Origin: Selaginella moellendorffii
Taxonomy: Eukaryota; Plantae; Lycopodiophyta
Reading direction: 5' to 3'
Length of the DNA: 64,000 nt
Assembly (NCBI RefSeq): GCF_000143415.4
Contig: NW_003314345.1
Coordinates: 266,574-330,573 of the forward strand
The position numbers were made by a program, and so were the translations under genes. Below, one piece after another: positions 37,831-50,525 of the stretch (position 1 is its first letter; the number at the start of each line of letters is the position of its first letter). Under the pieces are notes generated by a model. The model ran no database searches. It was given only the letters and a program-made list of their open reading frames with translations, and was not told the origin of the DNA.

Positions 37831-37912
37831 GCGGAGCCATTGGCTGCAGTAGTTGACTTCGCCGTGGGTACTGTACGAAGAACAGGGTAAAAAAGCGGCA
37901 TTACTTTCTCTT

Positions 37913-38792
37913 TCACTTGGAAATCCAGTAAAGGAACATCAAGAAAGTGCAAACTGAAATCACGGCTGACAAGATCAATGTGTCCTGGTTTTTTTTTCTT
38001 CGAATCGCAACTAGAACATGGTTCACCTGGAAAGCACGCATCAAAAAAGGATTTTTTTTTTATCCCCACACTGATCGATCTGCGAACTTCTTACCGACGG
38101 TAGAATCGATCCTACGTTGTTGATCTTGAATCCGATCGTTCCAAACAAGCTTCGCTGCGTGGACAGCGCGCTGAGAGCTGCGTGTGCTTGATTCACGACC
38201 GAGTCTATCTGAGAACCAAGTCACTGTAAGAAAAAAAGGAAGTAACTTTGTCTAGATCTTAGAAGAACCTGAGCAGTAGATCTCTGGATGGAGCTCCTCT
38301 CTTGCACAAGGGGATCAACTTCCAATCTTCTCTCCGATGGCGATCGAAAAGAGTGGAGCAATTCGGCGTGCTCGCGATTGTCTTTGGCAATAGCTCGTTT
38401 CCTCTTAAACTCCTGCGAGAGCTCTCACTATGTCAAGGAGAAAAGAAAGTTCTTTCTCATACATTTTCTTACCTGGACGAACTCGTGAGAGATGTTTAGA
38501 TGGCGTGCCAAGGTATGAGAAACAATGTCAGAACCGATCGCTGACATCAAAGACTGCATACTCGAATTGATTTGCTGGAGTTGCTTGAGCAGCCTCTCGA
38601 TCTCCGCTTCACAATCCTCCCCCGACTGATCTGGCCGCCCAAAACTCGCAAGCTTGGCATCGATCTCATTCTCCAGCCTTCGCGCCTGGCATTAAACCCT
38701 TAGAGAGAATTCTCACGGATCAAGCGCCCATTGCTCACCTGCTTGCGGAGATCGTCCCATCCGACTCCGGCGAAGCTCGGATCCACCGCCAT
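37913..38792 (-). CDS. GOS11: Golgi Qb-SNARE GOS1 family (GOS11-like), multi-exon
   Basis: WDDLRKQARRLENEID, HTLARH, EHAELL, QIDSVVNQA...QRS.F, VNHVL.AIRRKK.QDTLILSAVISVCTFLMFLYWISK. Confidence 0.9.
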
Positions 38793-39063
38793 TTTCTTTC
38801 TTCTTCTTCCTCACGAACCCTAATTGGAAGCCCTAGTCAGTGACAAAAAAAGAGAAGATACCAAAATTTCAAATTCAAATTCAAACCATTCGCGGCAATC
38901 GATCGATCAATGAACGCCTCCAAAAACGAAGAAGATCTCTCTCCCGTGAAACTCGAGTGGGTCCTCAAATCGATCGTGAGCTTTTTTTTCTCGGAAATTC
39001 AACGTGATCGCACGTAGCTCACTCAATGGTATATCTTTGAGCGCTCGCGCGATCTCCCGAGCG

Positions 39064-40480
39064 ATGGCGAAATGGAGCAGCAAAGAAGATTGGGACAAAC
39101 AACGCCAGCGCCAAATCCAAAACCTGTTCCTCACGGTTCTGTGCCTCAGCCTCGCCGTTCTTCTCATCGCTGTGCCTCGGGAATACAGAACAACGCAGAC
39201 CTTCTCGAGTAAGAGCTAGAACTTTTGACAGAGATTCTTGGCTTACTTGTGATCGAGCAGGAGCGAGCGAAAGGATCGAATCCACAGGTAAGTCCGGTGC
39301 TACGTCGAAGAAAACCGTGGAGGATGGTGTTGCCTGTGATCTTTCAAACTATCGCACAGCAGTGTGTCGCCTCGCTGGTGATCTGAGAATCAGCGGCAGC
39401 ACGGTGACACTGTTTAGTCCTCGCAACACCGACGAGGAGATCCTCGTCCAAAAGATCAAGCCATACCCGAGAAAGTGGCAGAAGCAGCTGCTCGAAAAGA
39501 TTAGCGAGGTGACGATCAAAGTGAGAAGATCCAGCTCCTCAACTCCACAGCACCAGTGTGATGTCAACCACACGCAAGCCGCCATGATCTTCTCGACTGG
39601 AGGCTACACCGGAAGTGTCTACCACGACTTTAACGATGGTCTCATCCCCATCTATATCACCTCGCACGGATTCGAGGGCGAGGTTGTGTTCTTAGTCTCC
39701 GAGTTTCAGCCGTGGTGGATGAAGAAGTACGGTAGCATTGTCAAGCAGATGACCAAGTACCCCGTCCAAGACTTTTCCAGCAACCCCGCGCAGCACCGCG
39801 TCCACTGCTTCCCCAAAGTCGTGGTCGGTTTGGACATTCACGACGAGCTTGCCATCAATGCCGCAAAGATGTCGCATGGAAAGTCCATCCGAGACTTCCA
39901 ATCCATCCTCAGTGCTGCCTTCTCGGCCTCGGACAGTCGGACCAAAGTTCCAAGCACCAGGCCGAAGCTCGTCTTCATCACTCGGCGAAGAACTCGGGTT
40001 GTCACCAACGAGGAAGAAGTGGTCCAGCTTGCGGAGAGAGCTGGATTTGACGTCGAGGCTCTGGAACCCGGATTCAACCACGAGATGGCCAATCTTTACG
40101 GGATCATACAGTCGGCCGACGTTCTTCTCGGTGTCCATGGAGCAGCAATGACACACCTGCTGTTTATGCGACCGGGATCACTCCTCCTCCAAATCGTTCC
40201 ACTTGGAACCAAGAGCCCGTCTCGGTCGTTCTATGGAAACCCGGCCATGAAAGCTGGTATGCAGTATATGGAGTATATCGTCGAAGCCAGTGAGAGCAGC
40301 CTGTTGAAACGCTTTGGACAGAACCACTCCGTGATTGTGAGTCCTCCAGAGAATCCAGGATCGTCTTCCGGGTGGAGCGATATGAAGAAGATCTATCTCG
40401 ACAAGCAGAACGTTACTATCTCGCTTTCGAGGTTCGAGCCAGTTCTTCGAGAAGCCTTTGAGAAAATCTCATCTCTGTGA
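39064..40480 (+). CDS. GT61-family glycosyltransferase (DUF563; xylan arabinosyl/xylosyltransferase-like)
   Basis: N-terminal TM exon, IKPYPRKW, FSTGGYTG.VYHDFND, GVHGAAMTH.LFMRPG..LLQIVPLG. Confidence 0.93.
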
Positions 40481-40561
40481 CCGACGTGGATCCGGCAGCG
40501 CAGCATGTAAAGAAAGTTCTTCCCCTCGGAGTGGTTTGTGATGAGTTTTCGTTTCTTCCAG

Positions 40562-42433
40562 CTAGCCAGCGTTGATGATCCCAGCTAGAACAACATACGG
40601 AGCTGCCTTCTGCGGATTGAGATGAGAGACCAACTTCGTTCCTCGGCCCCGATCACTCTGGAGCTTGCAAGAACTCAGCAGAGCTGTCCACTGGCCGGTA
40701 CCGGGAATGAACGGCATGCTTCCGATGAGATCTTCCGCCTCGTTGAGCTCTCCTGCTCGTCCCAAAATGTCGATCATCAGACCGTAATGCTCCCTCGCGG
40801 GATTCACTCCATGGTCGCCAACCATGGAGCTAAAGCAGCACAACGCGTCTCTCAGCACCCCAGAGTGAGTGAAACCACTCAGTGTGCTCATCATCGTCAT
40901 GTCGTCGGGGTGGAACCCTTCCACCACCATTTGCAGCTCCAGATCCAGCGCCAACTTCCCTCTGCCCGAGTTTGAAAACACCGAGATGATCGTGTTCCAG
41001 GATGCCGTGTTCTTCGCAGGCGTTCGATCGAATATGAGCTTTGATGATCCAACATGGCCGTTGTGAGCGTAGGCAGCAGCCAGAGCGTTCCAGGAGACCA
41101 CATCCGGCTCTGGAATCTGGTGAAAGAACTCCATCGTCTCCTTGAGGAACAATCCTTGAGAGAATCCAGTGAGCATCGCGTTCCAGGAGACCAGGCTGTG
41201 TAGAGGCATCGAATCAAACACCGTCTTGGCGCCGAGAGCATCGTAGTGCTGTGCAAAAGCCGCGAGAAGAGCGTTCCAGGACGAGACATCCCACCGCGGC
41301 ATGAGATCAAACAAAACTCTTGCCTTCTCCAGTTCCCCATTGAAGGCATAACCAGCGATCATCCCATTCCAGCTGACGATGTTCCTCTCTTGCATCTCGT
41401 AAAAGACCTCCTCCATCTTCCTCACTCGCCGGAAGCTCCCATAGGCCGTGATCATCCCATTGCAAGAGATCACATCCCAAACAGGCATCCTCCAGAAGAG
41501 CTGCTCGGCTGACTCCAGATGCCCATTCTGGGCATACGCTGCGATCATCGCATTGAGCGCCACGACGTTGAAGCACGGGATCCTGGCGAAGATTTCTTCT
41601 GCCCTGGCGAGATTACCTCTGTCGGAGTAGGCGCTGAGCACGGCACTGCTGGAGCACACATCCCACTCCGGCATCGCCTCGAAAGCCGCGATGGCGCCAT
41701 CGATCTGGCCGCTGTGAGCGTAGCACCCGATTAGGGTATTCCAAGACACGATGTTCTTGAGCGGCATTGCATCGAACAGAGCCCTGGCGGCGTCGATCTC
41801 CCCGTTCCTGGCCAGCGCCTGGAACATCGCGGTGCTGGACACGATATTCCACTCGGGCATCGCATCGAAGAGCTCCTTGGCGAGGACGAATTGCCCGCTC
41901 TCCGAGTAGCCCTGGAGCAGCGATGTCCACGAGATGATGCTCCGGCACGGCATTCCGGAATCGAACAGGCCCTTGGCCTCGCCCAGATGGCCGTTGGATG
42001 CGAGCGCGTGGAGCATCGCATCGCGCGCCACGCTATTCCGGAATGGCATGGAATCGAAGAGATCCCTGGCCTCCTGCAAATGCCCAGCCTGGGAATATGC
42101 GACTAGCAGCGCGGTATCGGCCATCACATTCCTCTCCGGAATCCTCTCCAGCAAATCCCGCGCTTCATCGACATGCCCATTCCGGGCATATGCGGTGATC
42201 ATCATCGTCCACGAGAACTCGTTTGGGTTGTCAATGCCATCGAAAACCCGGCGCGCGTTGGCCACACTCCCGCATTTGCCGAACATTTCAATGGCGAGAT
42301 TGCGAAGGTAAGTGCTGCTGCGGCATCTGCTGGAGAGAATCGAGGCAAAGATTGCATTTGCCCTGACGGGGTCATTTTCCACACCGCATTTCCTCAGTAG
42401 CAGCGCATACTTATCCTCGTCAACCAGGAACAT
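40562..42433 (-). CDS. PLS-class pentatricopeptide repeat protein with partial E domain and no DYW
   Basis: Run of about 31-aa repeats (FDxMPxxxxVSWxxxxxAYAxNGH), HYGLMIDILGRAGELNEAEDLI..MPF.P, ending AAPYVVLA. Probable ATG at 42433. Confidence 0.93.
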   Translation of the reverse strand: MFLVDEDKYALLLRKCGVENDPVRANAIFASILSSRCRSSTYLRNLAIEMFGKCGSVANARRVFDGIDNPNEFSWTMMITAYARNGHVDEARDLLERIPERNVMADTALLVAYSQAGHLQEARDLFDSMPFRNSVARDAMLHALASNGHLGEAKGLFDSGMPCRSIISWTSLLQGYSESGQFVLAKELFDAMPEWNIVSSTAMFQALARNGEIDAARALFDAMPLKNIVSWNTLIGCYAHSGQIDGAIAAFEAMPEWDVCSSSAVLSAYSDRGNLARAEEIFARIPCFNVVALNAMIAAYAQNGHLESAEQLFWRMPVWDVISCNGMITAYGSFRRVRKMEEVFYEMQERNIVSWNGMIAGYAFNGELEKARVLFDLMPRWDVSSWNALLAAFAQHYDALGAKTVFDSMPLHSLVSWNAMLTGFSQGLFLKETMEFFHQIPEPDVVSWNALAAAYAHNGHVGSSKLIFDRTPAKNTASWNTIISVFSNSGRGKLALDLELQMVVEGFHPDDMTMMSTLSGFTHSGVLRDALCCFSSMVGDHGVNPAREHYGLMIDILGRAGELNEAEDLIGSMPFIPGTGQWTALLSSCKLQSDRGRGTKLVSHLNPQKAAPYVVLAGIINAG

Positions 42434-43780
42434 GAGAGTTCTAAGCCGTGTTCCTTTTGCAAGTGGCAAATATGCCAAAAACTTGTATAAATGTAAATAT
42501 GTTCTGTTTTAGATCTTAGAGCGCCCACCTTGCTAGATTTATTGCTGACCTTGTCAAAGGTCTAGCAAATGTATGAAGAACAACTTACTCGTGAACAGTC
42601 GTGTAAACAGTGGAGTGATAATGGAGAGATTTGGAATGATCCCAGCTCGGGGATCTTGGATCTTGGACCTTGGTGTTACGTACACGACAAGCTATAAGAA
42701 TTTGTGGGTTGGTCGTACGTACGGAAGCAAAAGCAAAGTGTTTGATACCTAATCGAAGATCATTCTTTCAATAGCCAAGCAAGGTGGCGGGGATCCATAA
42801 GTTGGCGCAAGTTTCCGAGGCGCGCAAGCTAGCATCAACGCTTCGTGGACACATGGACCGTATCAAACACTGCTCAAGATTTTTCTCGCGAGTTACGTGG
42901 CACCACTCAAGCGCAGCACATCTAGATCTTCTGGAAGTTTAATTAACTCAGACACGAGCAATAGTTAATCTTTTATTAACGAACTCAATCTTAGAGAAAT
43001 TAAACTAGAGGCTCGGGCATTTGGATTGGCCGCGACTGTGTTGCCATTGCTCGAGTGATTTGATCAAAGTTTTCAAGGTTTTGTCGCTGATTATAGACGA
43101 GGTTTTTGTGTGGTGCTCACGGGTGACGTGACGTGACGGGCGGGATCCTTGGGTTGCGACGGGCCACAAGCGCGTCAACGCTTCACAAGCACAGTGCCAC
43201 CCGTCAATCTCCCAGCCACTCTACCTATATGGGCACGCATCACCCCACCATTTCTCTTCGTCTCTCTCTTTTCTCTCTCTCTTCTCTCGCACTAGTTCTT
43301 CGCTGGCTTCTCTCGCGATCGGTGCCTTCTCTGGGCGATTCTCTTGAATCTGGCAGCTTGATGCTGCCGCGGGGACGATTCGCGAGCGCGCGAGCTTCCC
43401 GAAGATTCCACTCTAGGTCTGGCGGCGCTTTTCTTTCTTCGATCGAGCATTGAGGTATGAATGCCTTCTTGTGCTTGGATTTCTTCTCTCTTTCTCTCTC
43501 TCTCGTGCTAATTCTTGCTTGGGCTTTGTTTTCCAGAAGTTTTGTACCAGCGGCTAGCTTAGAGCTACATTATTTTTCTTCGCGTCCCGCGAAAACAGTG
43601 TTTTTTTCTTCTTCTTCTTCTTCTTCCTCTATTGCCTCTTTTGTGGAAAATAACAAAAGAGCCCGTTTTGTGGGTACGACTTTGTGGATCATTGACTCTG
43701 GGTGGAGATCAAACTTATCCCTTACGCAAGTGTCTTACATTTTCTTTCCCAAAAAGGTTTCCAAGTTCCAAGCACACACC

Positions 43781-46018
43781 ATGGGCTGTGCGCTCACCAA
43801 AACCGAGGACGAGCACAACTCGGTGCAAGCTCCCGTCCAGACCGAGGAACTCTGCGTCTTCTCGCCCGGCTTGCGGCTCCCAAAGTCACTGGAACTCGCA
43901 AACTCGGATCACCTCCTCCAGGCCTCTGCGAGAAATTTGCTGGAGAGATTGATGAGCGTCCACTCGAGACTTGCCGCCGCGGCGCAAGAGCTCGTCTCTA
44001 CAAAGAAACTCAAGAAAAAGAGGTCTTCGCTAACTGGTAACCCGTGCATTCTCTGCAGATTCTCTCGATCATCAAACTGACTGTTTGTTTGTCCATTGTG
44101 ATCGTGTTAGTCTCGAACATAACACAGCTTAAGGAGGCCATTGACGACTACTTACCAGTTCTTCTCAAGCTCATCCGGAAAGGTACGCTTAAGTTACGCG
44201 AAAAGCTTTCGGTCTTCTTAGGATTGTCCAAACTTACCCTTTGGTTTTCGCTCTAGAGCCACGGTTGGCCGACCAAGTTCTGTTCACTTGGACAAACCAA
44301 GAGGACGAGATAAAGGTGCGGGAAGAACTGTGCTTGTTTGCATCTCCTCGTCTTTTGTCTAACTTTTGGGAAATCTCTCTTTTGTACGTCGTTGATTGCA
44401 GGAAACGACGCTGCAAAGCCCGTATTACGAAGTGCTGTCTGTGCTACAGCTCCTGGCGACGCTCTCGCTGCTGGAAGCGAACAGGGCTCTCTTGTTTAAA
44501 CCTGTAAACTTGGAAGCCAGCCATCACAGGCAGATCATGGACGGTAAGAGCCTTGAATGCGTTCCTTTATTTTGTAGAGCGCGACCTTTACCTCTTTCTC
44601 CAACAGAAACCAAGAAGTCTGCCATGGATGTTCTATTCAAAGCTGCAGAGATATTGGAATGCGCGCTTAAATCTGTCCTCCCTCAAGCCCCTCGTGAAGT
44701 AAGGTGAGTTTAAAGTCTGCTAAATTGGTGTTCCAGAGCTCGTTCGTTGTCTGATCTTGTTTTTCTTGTTTAAAAACTAGCAGGAATCAGCTGCCAGTGG
44801 ACTTAAAGGAGGGCACGCTGCAGGCAATGCAGCTCCAAGCGCTAGGACAGGTGAGAGACAGCAAAAAAAAACACTCTTTTTTCCTTTAGTTTTTTGTCGT
44901 AGCAGTGCAGTGATATTTATTTTTCTCTGGACTGCTTTTGCTCAGACTGTTGAGATCCAACTGGGCCTGGCAGTCGACAATCCGAAAGCAACCATGGCAG
45001 TGAAGCGTCGATTAGCATGCGAGGAGCTCAAGTACTGGCAACAGGCTTGTTTCTTTGCTCGATCTCTCTCGCTCAACTCCAAAAACTAAACTTTTTCCTT
45101 CATTGTCTTTTGCAGGCCTACGAGAACTTGCAAGCTGTAAACCTGGGAAATGGATGGGGTGACAAGCATTTACTTTTCATCAGATGGAAACGGGCCGAGG
45201 CCAAGGTAAGCAATCTAAGCAAAGTTGATCCCAGCAATCTAAGCAAGAGTTTTTGCCTTCTGTGGATCAAAGGTCGCAGCTTATTACTTCCACGGCCTGA
45301 TCTTAAACGAGAGCAGTGACAGCCAAGGCGCAGCAGCCTGCCTCCGGGCGTCGGCACACTTCTTCAAGGAAAGCGAGAGAATTTGTGGCGACTTTTGTGC
45401 AACAGCGCCCATGACAACGAAGTACGTAGCAAGCAAAACTGTTTGATGGTTTGTGCATGGTTGTGGTCCTACGTTTGCCTGCGTGCTTTGGCCTTTCTAT
45501 CTTGATTCTTCTGCCAGTCCTCGCTAGTCTTTCCATTTTCTCATTCCGCTTTTCGCTTTCCTTGATCTAATGGGAATGAAACTAAACTCCAAGGGGCGCC
45601 GTGTGTGCAGCAGGACACTGGTTGGCAAATCGCCATCATGGGGTCCAATGAAGCACCTCTCGGAGAAAATTTCCAAGGACGCAGTAACATCAACACAGCA
45701 CGACTTCTTCGAAGACAACAGGTAAGTTCTCGTGCTTTGGTGTAGGTGGTGTTTGGTCTGCTCCAAACACACAGGGTTTTAGATTCTTGCTCTTGCTCGC
45801 TCGCGAAGTTTCTAAATTCTCTGCTTCTTTCTACTGCCATTTCCAGAGACAGGATCGTGGAGCTACCAGATTTCGCATTGGCGCTGCAAGTAGACGCGTA
45901 CCAAATGCCAGAGGCCGACGAGGAAGGAGAAATCGACGAGAAAAACTCCGCCGTGGAGCTTGGGATTCAAAGCGGGCCATCGTTTCTGACAGAAGAACAA
46001 AGTACACAATACGCATAG
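43781..46018 (+). CDS. BRO1-like domain-containing protein (BROX-like), about 11 exons
   Basis: MGC start, VFSPGLRLPK, DYLPVL..L, FTWTNQED, YEVLSVLQL, QLGLAVD..KATMAVKRRLACE, GWGDKHLLF.RWK..EAK, WGPMKHLSEKI, LPDFALAL. Confidence 0.9.
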
Positions 46019-46564
46019 GGGCAAGTCAAGTAAGAAGAAACTCGGGAAATTTTTTGACTGCGCAGGAGTTCCAAAAAAAGAAAAAGGTGGTAGAAATGCG
46101 TGGTAGCGACGCAAGCAAATCGCTAGCGCTAGAAGAAGATGGGCTATCGACGTCCATCGCGACTGTATATAAATGTGCGTGTGCTTGGCAAAATTTCAAC
46201 GCAAACAAAGTAGTTTGGTAAAATTCTAGAAGGGAGTCGTGCCGGGTGGGAATCGAGCCGGGGATGTGCCGGCGTGGCCACGTTGTGTGCCAGCTGGAGC
46301 GCGTGGGCTCGAACCTGGCACCAGTGCCGTCCAGGCTCAACTGGGACCGCCCTCCAGCTCATGCCCAGCCATGCGCATCATGGCCATCATGCCAATAAAT
46401 ACCATCCCATCCAATGGAAAGAGAGAGAGAGTAGCGGCCAGCCCTATCTTCCATTCTTTGTTCTTGGAGCTTTTTGACAAGAGAGAGAGAGAGAGAAGAG
46501 GGAGAGCAGTCGATCGATCGGCATTCTTGCGAGATTTCTCTCGTCTCCTCCTCCAGCTCTCGAA

Positions 46565-46741
46565 ATGGCGAGCAGATCCGCGTTCTTGATCGTGGCGGCG
46601 GTGGTAGCCGTGGCCTCTATGGCCGACATTGCCATGGCGCAGGCGCCCAGCCCCGCTCCAGAGGCCGGCGCCGGCACGGCATTGGCGATTCCAGTGCTGG
46701 CCGCGGGATTCCTGGCAGCGCTCGCCAGTTTCTTCCTTTGA
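46565..46741 (+). CDS. Arabinogalactan peptide (AG-peptide, 58 aa, predicted GPI anchor)
   Basis: MASRSAFLIVAAVVAVASMADIAMA-QAPSPAPE-AGAGTALAIPVLAAGFLAALASFFL*. Below the ORF-track size cutoff. Confidence 0.9.
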   Translation: MASRSAFLIVAAVVAVASMADIAMAQAPSPAPEAGAGTALAIPVLAAGFLAALASFFL

Positions 46742-48584
46742 TTGGCGCGGATCGAGCATGAGCGGCAGCAGCATTCTTTTTTCTCCCCTTTTTACTTCCT
46801 CTTTTCTTCTTCTTCCTCTCTCTCTCTCTCTCTGATTTCGTATAACGGATGGGTCTGCTGGAGAAATTTTGGGATCTTTTGTATCATACTATAGCACTAC
46901 AGGGGCGGCTTCTTCCTCTTCCTCTCTTTTGGTTCTACACTATCTCTCGTTGGTTCTTGTGGGTGGTGGATTTGGAATAGCGGTAGCAGAGTGATGGATG
47001 GGGATGGGGGGAGCTGTGGGTTTTCTTCGGCCGACCTTGTTTCGGGGTGTTCTATTTTGGATTCTTTGTTTTGAAATAAGGAACGATGGTATTGCTAGAG
47101 CACTTAGTACAGACACACCACGACTAGCCTAGAAAACACTCTGTACAGATTTCCCATGAATATACCATCATCTTGCATTCTACTTCCAAGAAAGCCTCTG
47201 GATTTCGATTTCTCCTCTTCGTCGCCTGGGGCTGAAACGATCGAAAGGGGAGAATTGTTGATCTTGTTTGGCTCACTCGAGTCTCTTGGTTGCTCCTGGG
47301 GATCTGGAGAGGACGACAAGGAAGAAAACAAAAGAGTTGGTATATGGTATATGGTGTATGGTATATTGCTTGCTTGGTTGCTTGGGAGAATGGAGGCGGA
47401 GGCCCACCAGTGTGAGAGACAGCTCGAATGTGTGCTGTGAAAAGTTGTGGGTGTTGTCGTACGTGAGGGATTTCTGGACATGGCACATGCAAGCGCTGGC
47501 TGGAATTGGGTACGAACGCCCGGGCATATACCAGAATGTTCCATTTATTCCATTTCTCATGAGGCACGGGCGACGCACGCAAGACTGCCAAAACTCTCAG
47601 TTGTCTCTTGTGTTCTCCATACAAAAAACTATGCTGCCAAAAATGAGAGTAGAAAAGATCTCTCCGAGGTGATCGTAGACAAGAGCTGGATTGAACCATC
47701 CAAATCTAAACAAAGAGCTCACTCGGTCTGGAAAAACGAGGAAGAAATCTATGCACGACATACCTCCACATTGCCGTGTATACCAGCAAAGTCGTCACAT
47801 ACGCCGCCATGCCATTGGATTTGTTTTCGCTAAATGAGAGGTTATATAAAAATAAAAGTAAAGCATATATTATATTATTATTACCTTTATATTTATTATT
47901 ATTATTATTATTAGCTATTCTACATCCTTCCAAGGCATAATCATTTGAGATTTTGTATTTGCATAAAATTGGATAATTTATTTGGGACTTAACTTAATCT
48001 ATCCATTCTTGTATATAAAAAGAGGTTTAAACCCAACTAATATCATGTCTTAAGCACTCACATTGGCAGAAATGACAATTTGTCCCTAGAGGGTAAAGCT
48101 TTTTAATAATGTTTTGCTTTAGAGTTCAAGATTGTGTTTTTTCCTTTTATTCTTTTATTCTCTTTTAGAAGATCTAGAATTCTAGTTATCACTATACTTA
48201 GACTTGTTCTTCTTTTTATTTTCATTACATTCCCTTCTTCCACTATACCATGTTATTATCAATCAAAGAGTATATCATTTAAGCCTATTGATGTTGTTAT
48301 ATTGAATCAAGCTTTTGGTGATTAGTTTTGATGTTAAGTATTTATATGTTTCAAAGGTTATATTACTTTGGCTAGAGTTTCAAGTTGAGTGCATATCAAT
48401 AGTTATGAGTGCTATTGAGAATCTCTTTTTTACTATTATTGCTAAAAAATTTATATGTTCCTTTGAGAGTGTGGATGTTTTTTTTTAATTTTCTTATCTC
48501 AAATGTTAAGTTATGTGTTAAGGAGGTTGAGTGGCATGAATATTTTGCTTATGTTGTGATGGCTAAAGTATTTTATAGGGTTGT

Positions 48585-49167
48585 AAAGGTTTCCAAATGT
48601 ATAATAGGGATAGTGAGTAAGTTGAGTATAGTTGACCAACCTGAAGCATAGTTTAGCTCCCACTTGTGTGCTTATCCCTATTTTGTATCCAGTTTGAGTC
48701 TAAGCCCAACTTTCACATCATATTAACTAGTAGAGTACTTATATTTTTGCATTAGGCCACCAGTATGCTAAAATAGTGCCAAATTCCATTTGGCTTTGTT
48801 TTACGTGTTGGTTTTGGCATTGGGATGTTGGATGCTCTAGGATTATTCCAAATCATTCCATACTCCTATTACTTCACTCCTTGAGTTCTACACTTAAGAG
48901 TCATTTCATGTTCTAGTACTTTTGGTCTTTGAGCTGTATATTCAAGAGTTGCTCTATGCTCCAATGCTTTTGCTTCTTGACTCTATGCTTAGGAGTTTGG
49001 CTCCACTCCTTCACTTAGTGGCCCAAATCCCTGAAACTTGGGTTGTGCTCCTCTATCTTTGGACATTTGGCATGTGGCACGTGGCATATGAAGGGTTTAG
49101 GTTCTGCTTCATAGTTATCCTATAGTAAATCACTATAGGATAAAGGGTAAAAACCACATGCTCTACA
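48585..49167 (+). mobile_element. Old, heavily transition-mutated LTR relic related to family C
   Basis: Colinear with 3697-4235 and ends ACCACATGCTCTACA (cf. ACCACGTGCGCTACA). Confidence 0.85.
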
Positions 49168-49520
49168 ATTGTGATATATTTTAATCTCTTTCCATAATTA
49201 TATATATTGCACCCACTAATTAACATGGTATGAAGATTAAACTTAGACTCAATCCAAATGTAGAGAAAAGCCAAGACACACTCAGTGCATGTTTGGCATA
49301 CCTACTATTTTCATTTTACATTTGCTATACCCCACTCCTATATAAAAGCAAGTTAGTTTCTTGGACAAACTTAAAAACTTACTAAATATAGAGTGATATT
49401 AGATTATGAATTTGCATTTCCATTGTGTTTGGGATAATGTCTACATTTTGTAGCTAGTATATCTAGACACTTTTCAATAACACTAAAATGGGACCAATAT
49501 AATGAGAGTGATTAATAGAT

Positions 49521-50525
49521 TGTGAGACACAAAATCCCTAAGCCCTAAAGACAAGCTGAAAGGGTGCCACGTGGTAGTGGCTAAGGCAAAAGTTAAATGA
49601 GCACAACACATTTAAACTAAAACCTCCGATTCAAAAAGTCAAGAGTAGGGGTGGAACTCTCAACGATGTGCTCGAGGAACAAACACAAAGAAAATAGTAA
49701 GTGAATCTCTAGGAAAGGGACACAAAAGAACCAACAAACAACATGTGGAAGTGCTAAGATGGAGTCCGAGATGGAGTCCGAGATGAAGTTCGAGATGGAG
49801 TCCGAGATGGACCTGAGATGGAGTTTGAGATGGACTTTAGATGGAGTTTAAGATGGAATTCAAAATGGATCTGAGATGGAGTCTAAGATGGACTCGAGAT
49901 GGAGTCTGAGATGGACCCGAGACCGAGACCGAGACCAAGGCCGAAACCGAAACTAAGTCCGAATCCGAATCCTAATACAGGCTGTTGGGTGAAAGCCCAA
50001 AGCAATCATCCCCCGGGGCCGGGGGGGGGGGGGGGCTGCAAGGGGTTCCAAAAGTATAATAGAGAGAGTGTAATGGAGCCAATTTTGCCCAAGAAGGTTG
50101 TACCCCAGGTGTTGGGTGTTGGGTGGTGAGATAACCATTGGGAAGTCCAAGGCTAGAGTGAATATAGATTGACAAGCAGACTAGCTTGGTGAAGTGTTCA
50201 AGAGCCGACTCTAGTTCCCTTGGGAGATCGAATGTTCGATGTTCCCAGTCCAAGCATGGGTGACACTACCTACTTGGATACCTAGCATGGCTCAACGGAA
50301 CCTCACTCTAAGCCCATGGCTAGAGCACCCAAAAGCGGAAGGTGGGGAGAATACCTATGAGGTTTGCATAGGGCCACGGTGTTCCGAAATGTTATCCCAA
50401 AGTCTCGGACTATGGAAAGGAAAAGGAGTAGTCCTCTGGTGTAGTGACCAAGGATACGGTTACATGGTGAGTGGGACTTGGTGGGCGGGCCTATGCCCCT
50501 TGACCCAGTGGCAGTGGTTGCAAAT
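49521..50525 (+). mobile_element. Family B-type LTR, interrupted at 50525
   Basis: Starts TGTGAGACACAAAATCCCTA, followed by a GAGATGGAGTCC array and the shared GGGTGAAAGCCC/poly-G module. Confidence 0.85.

Noticed and set aside
47100-47830. Cluster of ORFs or possible ncRNA downstream of the AG-peptide
   Set aside because: No homology recognised and no convincing hairpin found by eye
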